A model generated the notes under the pieces. It made no database searches and was not told the DNA's origin. It saw nothing but the letters and a program-made list of their open reading frames with translations. The position numbers and the translations under genes were made by a program. From Felis catus (Eukaryota): 64,000 nt of DNA. Shown here in pieces: positions 12,971-23,830 of this stretch; positions within the stretch are counted from its first letter, which is position 1; each line of letters starts with the position of its first letter. The stretch lies in contig NC_058368.1 in assembly GCF_018350175.1 (NCBI RefSeq), positions 113,586,001-113,650,000 of the forward strand, in the 5' to 3' direction.

Positions 12971-15849
12971 TTCATTCAGACAGGCAAGGGGCAATTTTAA
13001 TAAGGCCTGGATTCTCTTCATCCATCAAATTCTTTTTGGCTTCCTCTCTCAGGAGGATAGCAAAACAACGCCCCCCTCCCCTCCAAAGAGCGAGAAGCCC
13101 AGGGAGGCTGGGAGCTTGCATTTCCCTGCGGTCCCCTCCTGCCCTGGGATCCAGTTACCCGATGGTCTGAGCCACAGAGCCTGCAGAAACCCTTACCCCT
13201 CCTTGCTAAGCCTCTCCCTCCACAGTCCTCCTCCTGAATGGCTAATTCAAATGGACAGAATTTATTTGACTCTACTCTGCATTGTTTGACCCCCACCTGC
13301 TTCCAGCTTCAACTCCCAAGTCAAAAGGCAGGAAGTCAGAGCAGGGAGGAGAGAAAGACGGAGATAATCAGCCCTTGATTAACACTGAGCTGTGAACGCA
13401 CCACCTTTTCTAATGCTGCACGGAGGACTGTCGGGAGGAATGCAGATGAGACATTATGAACATGCCGCCCGCACTGTAAAGTGCCATACAGACAGGAGTT
13501 ATCGTTCGCTAATGCGAAAGAAAAATAAACAGGGAAACACAGCTTTTGCAGCCAGTTCTCTTCCGAGAAACACCTTCTGCGACTGAAGAAGGCCAAGTTC
13601 TCGTAAACACTGGGTCTCCACTCAGCAAGAGGTCTCCAGGGAGCACTGAGTGCCGGGCTCTGTGCTGGGCACTGAACTGAAAACAAAACTGTGCAAAGCA
13701 TGGCCTGGTGGTCAAAATGCCAATGATCGGGGAAAGAGGGAAAAAGAGAAATGCCCCAACCCCGTGCAGCATGTGCCTACTGGGACGGACAGTCTACAGG
13801 AGGTGAGAGTCAGAAGAGGTACCCAGACCTCCCCCTGGCTGTTCCCTGGACTCTTCCCTCCCCACATTCAGGTCCTTCCAGTTCTGCCTCCCAACCTGTC
13901 TCAAACGCATCTACTCAGGCCCACTGTACTGTCTTAACTCGGTCCAAGCACAGCATCTGTTGCCTACATAGTGCTCGGCTCTGCCCTGCACCAGTCCATC
14001 CCCCACGCTGTAGTGAAAGTGATTTTGCTACAATCCAACATGTTTTTAAATCCAATCCTACTTAAATGCCTCAGTGGTTCCTTGCAACTCTCTGGGGAAA
14101 GGTCAAAGTCCTTACTGGGGGGGGGGGGGGTCCTAGGGCCCTCCTTCAGTTCATGACCGATCTTCTCTCTACCTCCTGTTGAGCTCCAGCCATAAAGACC
14201 ATCCTTCTTCTGGTGGGCTGTAATCCCTTCCCTCAGGTGGTAATAGGCACACACGGTTACCTGAGACCTGAGAGAGGAGACACACACACACCCCTCGCCG
14301 TCTCTGTCCGCTTTGTAATGTGCTTCTTTACCCTTCTGATTTCCGCTGAAACCACCTCTTCCTTCCCCTGAGCCCCTCCCATTCTAGCACGGGCATGACC
14401 TGCTCTGTCCTCTCGGAGTGATCTACAGGTGAGCATTTTCACACCCTATTATAACCAAGTTGCACGGGTATTTCTTCACAGGAAGAGGCATCACCTGGTG
14501 ATCGTGTTAAAACTGTCTCAATGAGTGCGGAGTGGGGCCTATGATGCTGTCTTGCGAACCAGCTCCCAACTGACGCTCATGTCTGCGGGGCTGTGGACCA
14601 CGATGGGGTCACGATGGGCCAGGGCCGTGCTTCCCCAGCACTAAGCACAAACCTAGCACATGTAGGCATTCGATAAATGTCTATGGGATAAATAAATGAG
14701 GACGGTGAGGATGAAGGTTGACACGGAAGGATTTGGGGTTCACGTACTACTTTCATCGAGGCCTCAGGAGATAGGGACACTGACAACGTCCACAAAATTA
14801 ACCCTGTCCCCTGCGGATGAGACCTTCCTGACGAATATGTAAGTATCCACTTATAAAGCCGGCTATTTGCCTGAATTCAATCCACAGAGCAAGTGCAAGA
14901 CCAAAATAGAACATCTGAACTTGGGTGATTTTTGTGCCCTTTACCAAAGCTAAACAAATTGCTACTGCTGCAATCTCAGACAGGGGGCCATAGCGCCTGG
15001 GCTGAACTGTGAATTATTAATGTGAAAGATTTGCATGTGCTTTTTATGATTATGGCCGACTTTGATGTCTTTGTGCCCTGCTTAGGGCTTCCACACACAA
15101 CTATAATTTCTTTACCAAGAGGAAAAAAAGAAAGAAAGAAACAATTTGCATAGGCCAAGTATAGGAAATGCGTTGAAGTCATTTCAATATAAAATGAAAC
15201 GGCAACAATTATATCAGTCCTCTGTTGCCAAGGGTAATCTGGATGCTCTGAAAGGATGGAACGCAGGGGACTTGTTGAAATCACCGTCATGAGAAAAGGC
15301 GCACAACATCTCTTTGGAAGCCTGACTCTTCATTCTGCAGACCAGTGATTTCAATAACACAGAACGGGCAAAAATGGAGGCAAGCATTTGCAGCAACCTC
15401 AATCACCAGCTACAAATCAATACAGCTCTAAAACGGCCCTCCTCGTCCTCAGCCTTCCAAAGAGCTGGGTCCGACTTGCACGATTCCTTACAAAGATCAC
15501 ATTGTGTAACTCGACACACTGATTCGAATTGTACACAATGAAGAAGAAACCGGTGAAAAGAGAACTTTTAGGTAACTCTCCCAAGTCAAAATCGATATTT
15601 CTCTGAAGAAGAGAAAGGAAGGCATGCTGCTGAGATCTTATTTACATACATGTGGCTCTCAATACAGGCCTGCCCCTTGGCTGAAAGAAGACATCAATAG
15701 TTTTTCTCAGGAAACCCGCAGTACAGAGGGATGGGACACAGATAAAAGATGTTCAGGGTTTGTAGCTCTTTTTAAATCCAGTTCTGCACATCCTCGGAGT
15801 AATCTCTATCCTCGCCACAAGACCTGCAATATTTGAGGGCATCTATTTA

Positions 15850-16860
15850 AGTAGTCGATAGTACTGAGGGCTGGTTTCATACCGGCCCAGTCTGGGGGGC
15901 CAAGAATTCAGGTTTCTGGCTTGGGCAAGTGGAGAGATGGGGGAGCCATTCACGGAGACCAAGACTGTAGCAGGAGGAACAAGTCGGTAGGGAGCACGGT
16001 GTAGGAGAGTACGTTTGTGTGTCCCAGGGATGCTGCAACACACAACCACAGACTGGGCAGCTGCAACAACAGAAACGTCCTGCCTCACACTTACAGAACT
16101 ACAAGTCCAAGATGAAGGACTGGCGGTGTTTGTTCCTTCCCAGAACTGCGAGGGAAAATGTGTTCCAGGCCTCTCTCCTAGCCTCCTGCGGTTTGCCAGC
16201 AATTCTGGCATTCCTTGGCTTGGAGAGGAATCACCCCAATCCCCACCTTCATTTTCACATGGTGTTCTCTCTGTGTGGCTTCAAACAGTATTTCCTCTGG
16301 GCACGTCTATTTCTCTGGCCAAATTTACTCTTTCATAAGGACACCAGTCACCTCAGATTAGGGCCCCACTCTAATGATCTCATTTTACCTTGATTACCTC
16401 TAGGAAGACCCTCTTTGCAAATCAGGTTCCATTCTTCGGTAGGAGGGGCTAGGAATTCAACACATCTTTTGTGAGGGACAGGACGCATCCTCTAACAGCG
16501 AAGCACGGGAAGACGTCAAGGCCAGTCGTCGCCATGTTAAGGGTGAACTAGCTGCGCGTGCGTGGGTCCTGAGATCGCCAGACAAATTTGCACAAGAGAC
16601 ACAGAGTTGAGAGACGCATGTTTATACGTCTGTAACATATTTATCTGCTAAAAGGGGAACAGGTGAAGACCTAGGTGAAAATGGCGGAAGCCACAGATAC
16701 GAATGAGAGCGCCCCGAGAGAAGTCCTAGTGCTTCGTAGAGAAGGGGTGCTAGGAAGAGAACCTCAGAACATGAGTGCTGCAGAGACCGATGAGCAAAGA
16801 GGGGCTCGCAGAGGCCAAAGAAGACCCAGAGGGGCAACATTGCTGAGCCTAGGCCAACAG
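15850..16860 (-). mobile_element. L2 LINE fragment, interrupted by an MLT1C LTR
   Basis: CAGGTTTCTGGCTTGGGCAAGTGGAGAGATGGGGGAGCCATTCAC is typical L2; similar purine-rich sequence resumes after 16500. Confidence 0.55.
16010..16497 (-). mobile_element. MaLR solo LTR (MLT1C-like), near full length
   Basis: CCACAGACTGGG...AAGTCCAAGATGAAGG...GGCCTCTCTCCTAGCCTC...CATAAGGACACCAGTCA...GATTAGGGCCCCAC...CTCTAACA. Confidence 0.88.
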
Positions 16861-16889
16861 TCAGAAGGGACGGGTCATTGCTCCCATTA

Positions 16890-17210
16890 ACGGATCCCAG
16901 TTATCTATCACTCCACAACAAACTACCCAAAACTTAGCGGCTTAAAAACACCTGCCATTTGTCATTTCTCACAGCTCTGTGGCTTGGGATTATCGGCGGG
17001 GCTTGGCTAAGTGAGGTTTCTGCACCAGGTGGCATCAACCACAATGACTTGGTGATATTCATCCAGGGGAGGAATGGTCTAGAGGGGTCCCAATGCTGCT
17101 TCCTTCATGTGTCTGGTGCCTGGGGGCCAGGGAGGGGGAGGTGGCTGGACTCAGCTGCAACTGTCAGGCAGGGTGTCCACTCAGGCCTCTCCGGCATGTG
17201 GTGTCGGGCA
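16890..17210 (-). mobile_element. MaLR LTR (MLT1H-like) fragment
   Basis: CAGTTATCTATCACTCCACAACAAACTACCCAAAACTTAGCGGCTTAAAA...TTCTCACAGCTCTGTGG. Confidence 0.75.
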
Positions 17211-17644
17211 GAGTGGAGGGGCAGGCTCTCTCTGGTCCAAGGCTGTTAATACTTCTGGTCTCAGCAGAAGCAACCTTCGGCTGCAAGAATGACAATGTGG
17301 GACGTCTCGCATGAAAAGCAGGAAAAAATGTCATCAAATGTAGGAAAGAAAGTGCTCTGACCACAATAAGAAAAAAAAAAAAAATTCAACTAAATAATCC
17401 AAGTAAAACTCTTCAGCCCAGAGTCTGGCAAGTGCTAATCATCCATTATACGGTAGCAATGACTTAATCAGTTCTACAAGGCTTGTTATGAAAAGCAATA
17501 TATACATCCATTTCCCTCTCCCCAGAGGCATGTTGGCAGCTATTTTTATAAACCAGCATTATCTTACGTCAAGGATAGGTCGGGCATAAAGAGACTAAGT
17601 CTGATCATATTCAAAAATGAAAAAGCTTTAAAAGTGGTTAAGAC

Positions 17645-17664
17645 CTAGCTAGCTAGCTAGCTAG
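17645..17664. repeat. (CTAG)5 self-complementary tetranucleotide repeat
   Basis: Read directly. Confidence 0.9.
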
Positions 17665-17736
17665 ATAGACCCTTAAAGAAAATCTGCAATGCCAAGTTAA
17701 CAAGAGGATGGTATAGACTCCTGGAAAAGAAACAGA

Positions 17737-17907
17737 TTTTTTTTAATGTTTATTTTTGAAAGGGGTGGGTTGGGAGAGGGGGACTGAGGATCCGAAGCGG
17801 GCCCTGTGCTGACAGCAGTGAGCTCAATGTGGGGCTCGAACCCACAAACCACGAGATCATGATCTGAATAGTCAGATCCCCAACCAACTGAGCCACCCAG
17901 GTGCACC
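17737..17907 (-). mobile_element. Can-SINE (short)
   Basis: CTGAGCCACCCAGGTGCACC reverse head; TSD GAAACAGATTTT / GAAACAGGTTTT. Confidence 0.95.
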
Positions 17908-19716
17908 GAAACAGGTTTTACCAAGAAAGAGAAATGCTACTGAGGGCACTGGAGGTAAGACATTTAAGTCATTTAGGCACAATGGTTATTCATAGCATCC
18001 ATGTTACTTAAACATATTGGCTTAAAATGTTAAACAACTCAGTTGCATATTGTATGTTTAAATATAGTTGACCCTATTTTACAGTGTTAAATGTCAAATA
18101 TTTTTAACAATCAGGAATAAAAATATATAAAACTTGGCATCCAAGTGGATGTGAGAGTACCCCTGCACTAAAAGCATTAAGTGTGATCCGTTGTCAGGCC
18201 ACGCAGCTGGGACATGAACTTCTTTTACCAATATGCAACTCTCCAGGACTTCCATATGAAGAGTTTATTTCATCCTAGGTCAGAATGGACAATTTCATCA
18301 GGATCCAGTTAAGTGCAGGTGGTCAAAATTTCCACCCAGGACTCAGCAGCAGGGTCAGCAGGTAGCTACATCTGTCCCAGGAAAACAGGTAGAAACACAA
18401 CCCTGATCCATCAAAGACCAAAGCACTTGAGATGACCCAAGAGTCAGAAGCACCCAGATGAAAACAAGAGTACTGGAGGCATGGATGCTGGGACATAACA
18501 GGATGGCCAGGGAAGGGAGGAAATCTGGGATAGATTCCCACCTCCCAGCAGAGCAGACGGGCCACACAGAAAGAGCTAGGTCCAATCACCGACACTGTCA
18601 CTCATGGGTAGAGGGGCAGAAGCAAGGTGCTCAGCCTCTCAGTCTCCTCAATGAACAAACACAAACACGACGCATCCTTCTCACTCTGAGGTTGCTCCAG
18701 CAGGCTGCTTTTTGGACAGCATCCTCTCCAAGACGTATTCTCATGGTCATGGGCGTGGTGTTATTGTGTTTGATCCCAGTGGTCCTCTTTAAAACCACAA
18801 TGCCCTTGTCCACCTGGGCCAGAATCCAGCTCGAGAACTATCGCATCCTCCATCCTTGAGACGAAGAAACTTCTGCACCTTGCCCTCTGCGCCCCCCAGT
18901 TCTGCCTCACTGCCACCACCCTCTTGCAAAAAGGCGTGACGTGCTGTGGTGTGAACAGAGAGAGAGTTTCAAGTGCTGACCACATCGGACAGCAGGAAGT
19001 TCACATACACTGCCACGATCTTACAGAAATAAGACATCTCCCCAACATACCAAACGTCAGCCCCCTTCACATACCCATTAAAGGAGCACCTTTGAACACA
19101 TAATTTCATCATGTGGATCAGAAGAGCCACACAACCCTGATATAAGTAGGGCACCCCCTAAACCAAAACTATGCAACAGCCGTGGAGAAACATCAAACCT
19201 AATTCAGCCTCTCAACAGCCTTACTTATGAAGGCACAGCTGAGAACCTGAGTAAGAAGCCTGTTTGAGGCTCTGAGAAGAGCTGAAGACCAATGTGCAGC
19301 AAGGCCACCTAGACAGACATGATGGGCTGAGGCTCTAGTATCAGAAGAACTTATTGGCTGTGTGACCTGAAGCAAGTCTCCTGACTTCTCTGAGCCTTCT
19401 CTCCTCCTCCTGAGTAAAACCCAGCTTGCCACGTTGTTGACAAGGTTTGAGAAAAGGTAGGAGAAATATCTGGAATAAGAGCTGATGCACCGAAGACCCC
19501 CGCCCCCACTGACTGGCCAACTACTATTATTGCTATTATTATTCCAGTAAGTATTTTAATAGACTAGATTTTTTTTCTACAAGGCACAGAACTAAACTCC
19601 ATCTAAAAAGAGATCTCCGCGACACTCGTTAAATATCTGATGAGCCTCTAATAGAGTCAAATATCATGGGGGAGAAAAACAGATGGAGGTGTGGTTTCTC
19701 ACCTCAAGGTACTTAC

Positions 19717-19873
19717 GGTATTATGACTACAACACATGCTCCAGCCTTGGACACACGAGATGTAAAGAATTTTCTAAATTTTTCATCAAGTTGTAATACA
19801 TCTTTTTCCGTCTCTGACTGTGGCTTCCGCTAAGGGAGAGCCCCCGGAAGGACCAGACTCTGTGTGCACAGAG
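19717..19873 (-). other. Candidate exon of a minus-strand host gene (probably non-coding or alternative)
   Basis: Acceptor ggtccctctcctag|CTC; donor ACC|gtaagt; second donor GAG|gtgaga at 19703; no repeat recognised. Confidence 0.3.
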
Positions 19874-21589
19874 CTAGGAGAGGGACCAGTACGTCGCACA
19901 CAAAAGCTCAGCAAGAAGCAAGGGGCAGGAAGGGATGGGATGGGATGGGGGAGACGTTCAAGAGAGAAACCCCCCAGAAACAGCAGCCTAGTCACAGGCT
20001 GAGCCACACCGATAGGCTACAGCCAACACCAACTTCTCAGTTCCTGAAAAGGCTAGTGAAACAACTTCTCTAGTTCAAAACAAAGACAGAGGAAAGAAGA
20101 GTGGGTGATTTTTCACATGTGGGTTAGAGGGGGTGGGCATTACAGTGACGCGTCTCCGTATTCTCTTTCTTCACATCCACACAACGATTATTTTCTGTAT
20201 TGTGAAAAATCTACAAAGCCGTTTTCTAGCTGATTTCAGAGCCAACGTCTCTGCAGTTCTGGATTTATCACGCACCACCGCAGTTCTGCTCAAGTCAGAG
20301 AAGACAAGGCTGACAGAGGACAAACAGAAAAAAAAGACAGAACGGCTTTCCCAAAAGGGACACAGGATGTGGACCGAACCCACTGGCTTCTCCCTAGTAA
20401 ACCAGAAGGCAACCTGATCACCAGGCCTTCCACTGGCCTCACATCTGCCACGAAACACCTCAGCGGTTGGGTTCCCTTTACACATGAGAAACAAACGTCT
20501 CTGATCAGATAAGGCGGCCCCTTTAACAGACACCAATTATTCACTCCATTAGAATTCTGTAACTACTGCCAGGTCCTTCCCGGGAAGTACTTTATGACAC
20601 GACCAATAGAGGCAGGAGAAATGTACAAATCAAAGGTGGCCAGAACACAGCACACTCAGCAAGCACAAGTTCATGACCTAAAACTCCTTCCCAGACAGCA
20701 AGCCCAGCAGAGACCAGCAGAGGAGTCCCCTCCTCAGCTCTCTGTCCCAAAGCTCTGTCCCCAGTAGGCCCACCTCCTCCGGGTGGTAAGGCCCCAGCCT
20801 CTCTCCACAGATGCCTGCTGGTCTCTCCAGCACCACGTGGCAAGGCTGAACACCACATCCTCCCTGCCTGCCCCTATCACCAGCCTGACTTAGCACCTAT
20901 TAAAGGTGCCCTTAGGGGCCGTTCTGAGGATCCCCCAAATCACCTGCGCTGTTCAAAAAGCCTCAAGGACGCCACCTCCAAAAAGCTCCTGCATCAACCC
21001 TCTTCTTTGCCTTCGCACATCTTCCTCCAAGTTCGGACCTCTAAGACCTCTCAAATCGGATCCCCTGACTCCAGCATGTCATCCTCTCCCCAGGGCGTCC
21101 CCACCCTGAGGCCGAGGTGCTGCAGGAATCCAGGGGCTGGCTCTCCACTCGTCATGATAGACCCCTGGGGTCCTGGCCTCCACCTATCTGGTCCTACACT
21201 TCTGTCCCTACACCCTCCACTCCGGCCCAAAGCACCCACAGTCCCAGCCTGGACTCCCGCCCATGCAAGGCCCTGCCGGAACCAGTGCTCCCCACCCTGC
21301 TCCCCAAGGGCCACCAGGAGGTGGGCCTCGCTTGTGCCACCTAACTCCGTGCTCTGCTCCCCCCCCCCACCCCCAACTCTAAGCTCCCTGGAGGGAGGGC
21401 TAACTCTTACTGGCGTCCACACATGCCTCTCATGGTGCAGAGTTTTATAGACTACAGGTTTTCAATCAGTACTTGCCGAACATACTGTCTAATCAATCAA
21501 TATAGCATAATATTTAGGGCAAAGGCCTCGGCAGCAACTGCAGATATCAGGTACTCCATCTGTTGACAGCTCTATTTTGTGTCTCTACC

Positions 21590-21710
21590 ACCAGAAGTTA
21601 TCCTTCCTGAGAAGAGAGTCCTGTCTGCCTCGTCCCCACTGTACCCCAGCATGCAGGACAGGATTTGGCCCCTAGGAGGCCCTCAGTGGATATTTTGTTA
21701 AGTGAATGAT
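21590..21710 (+). mobile_element. L2 3' end
   Basis: CCACTGTACCCCAGC...GGCCCCTAGGAGGCCCTCAGTGGATATTTTGTTAAGTGAATGA. Confidence 0.7.
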
Positions 21711-21711
21711 G

Positions 21712-21919
21712 TTTGTTTTCTTTCTTTTTATTTTAAATGCTTATTTCTTTTGAGAGAAAGAGAGCACAAGTGGGGGGAGGGGCAGAGAGAGAGAATCCCA
21801 AGCAGGCCCCATGCTCAGCACAGAGCCCAACGCGGGGCTCAATCCCACAGCTGCAAGCTCACAACCTGAGCCAAAATCAAGAGTCAGTCTCCTAAGTGAC
21901 TGAGCCACCAAGGCATACC
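21712..21919 (-). mobile_element. Can-SINE
   Basis: T-rich tail, GAGGGGCAGAGAGAGAGAATCCCAAGCAGG, reverse head GACTGAGCCACCAAGGCA. Confidence 0.95.
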
Positions 21920-21929
21920 AAATGATCCG

Positions 21930-22110
21930 CTTTCAAATCTCAGCTCTGCCACTTACTAACTGCGTCACTTTGAGTAAACGACTCACTCTCTACACCCTCG
22001 TCCTCACCCCCACCTCTGTAAAATGCGAGAACGGTCCAGGGTCATCCTAAAAAGCATCACAGGACGTCAATAAAGCAGTTCAGGACAAGGGCTCGGTGTG
22101 TGGCTGGACA
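21930..22110 (+). mobile_element. MIR SINE
   Basis: TTCAAATCTCAGCTCTGCCACTTACTAACTGCGTCACTTTGAGTAA...CTCTGTAAAATG. Confidence 0.8.
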
Positions 22111-23371
22111 AAGGGACCGTCCGTGGTGACCACCCGGGAGATGGGCTGGAATCGCCTGTGTTCCCACCACACCTCTTTCACCCTCCAGTTTGCTTTAAAG
22201 ATCTGGTCTATTCAGGGTACCTTTTAGTGCTTAGGATTGTGCCCCCAGCACCCTCCACACTCCCTCTCTGGAGGCATCCCCTGTCCCCATGTCCCCTCTC
22301 CTTCCCTTGGCTCAGGCCACACCCCACCCTCACGTGGGGTTCCATACACCTCCCTCATGGAGGGTCTGGAACACAACAGGCCGAAAGGACCACAGGCCGG
22401 GCTCCGGGACCTCGTCCACCTAGAATGTATCCTGCCAGCATGTTTTCCTCCTGGGAGAGCGGCAAGCCCAGGGACAGTTCTTCCACTGTGACTCTGTCCC
22501 CCCTCCCCTGTGGGAGGGAAGCTGCGCACTGCCGAGACCACATCTAGGGAGCCTGCGCTGGCGTGGCCTCAGCTCACCCAAGTCAAAGCGCCCCAAGGTC
22601 TGGGGCCTCCTCCCACCTGCTCTACCTCATCGGCGCACACGGACGAGGCCACCCACCCCATTCCCATCTCAGTAATACTAACTCAGCCCCAATTTAGCTT
22701 TTCACATCTACCACCACACGGTCCACCTATTAACTAAGGTAAACTGCCGGCCGAGGTCAATTTATAATTTAAATCTGCACTGCATAATGCATAAGATATC
22801 TTGTTATAAATTATTCACCCACAAATTGCCATCTGGACGTTTGGGGAACTTGGGGGGACATTTAAAAGAGAAGCGGGCATTTGCCCAGCATCATGTCAGA
22901 AAGCAAGGAGCGCTGGCTTCGTTGTTGTCGCTGCTGTTTTATTCGCCAAGAACCTGAGCAGATGGATTCCATTGCCCTCCTGCTAAAACTGCTGGCGAGC
23001 TGAGCTGCGTGGTTCCCAGCCCGGGGGCAGGGACGAGGGGTGGGGGGGCACTCAGCCCAGTCCCTCTCCCGCCCCAGGGTCCTGCGCTATGCTGCACTTT
23101 CACCACAGCTACAGGGCACATGTATCACAGGAGTCCGTTTTATCCCCCAACAACACAAAGGCAAACATCATCTACGCTGACCTAGTAATTAGCAAACACT
23201 GCGCTCTCTTCTCAAATTGATACAAAGAACCGATTTTCGCTCACCCGCAGCTCAATCTTCCTGATGGAGTGCCCCCCCTAAAAAGGGAATAAGAGCTTAT
23301 ACTGCAACCTATTCATCGAGTTTGGCATGTGACAAGTACACACATCTTTCTCTTAGGCCACTGGGCTGAAT

Positions 23372-23830
23372 CCATCCTTTCGATTCATCATAATCGAACA
23401 TCTATTGCTATATCGAGGTACTGCACTATTTGCTGCGGACACAGACATGACGAGAACACACTCTCTGCTATGAGGGAGTTCACAGACCACAGGGGAGGTA
23501 CTCATGCAAACAAACCTCTACAAAACAAATTAGCCCTGATGCCCACTTTGTTCTAGGCACAGTCTGAGGAGATGAGAATTGTGCGTGACGACTCTGTGTT
23601 CAAGGTCAGTGGGGATGGAAAAGTGTCTGTGATAGGTTCTGCTTGTGGAGGAAGAGAGCCAATGAAGGTTGCACAAAGAGATGCCTGAGCTGGGTCTTGC
23701 GGGAAGAGTAGGAATTTGCCAGGCACACGGGGAGAAACTGCATTCTCAGAAGAGGGACCCACATATGCAAAGGCTCCGGTCACACAACTGCACGCGCACC
23801 TGAGAGAGTGGCAAATGGATTAGCATACAT
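23372..23830 (-). mobile_element. L2 LINE 3' fragment
   Basis: CTCTCTGCTATGAGGGAGTTCACAGAC...TGCCTGAGCTGGGTCTTG...AGAAGAGGGACCCACATATGCAAAGGC. Confidence 0.7.

Noticed and set aside
18458..18985. Cluster of overlapping ORFs that might be a processed pseudogene
   Set aside because: No recognisable protein similarity, poly(A) tail or TSD.
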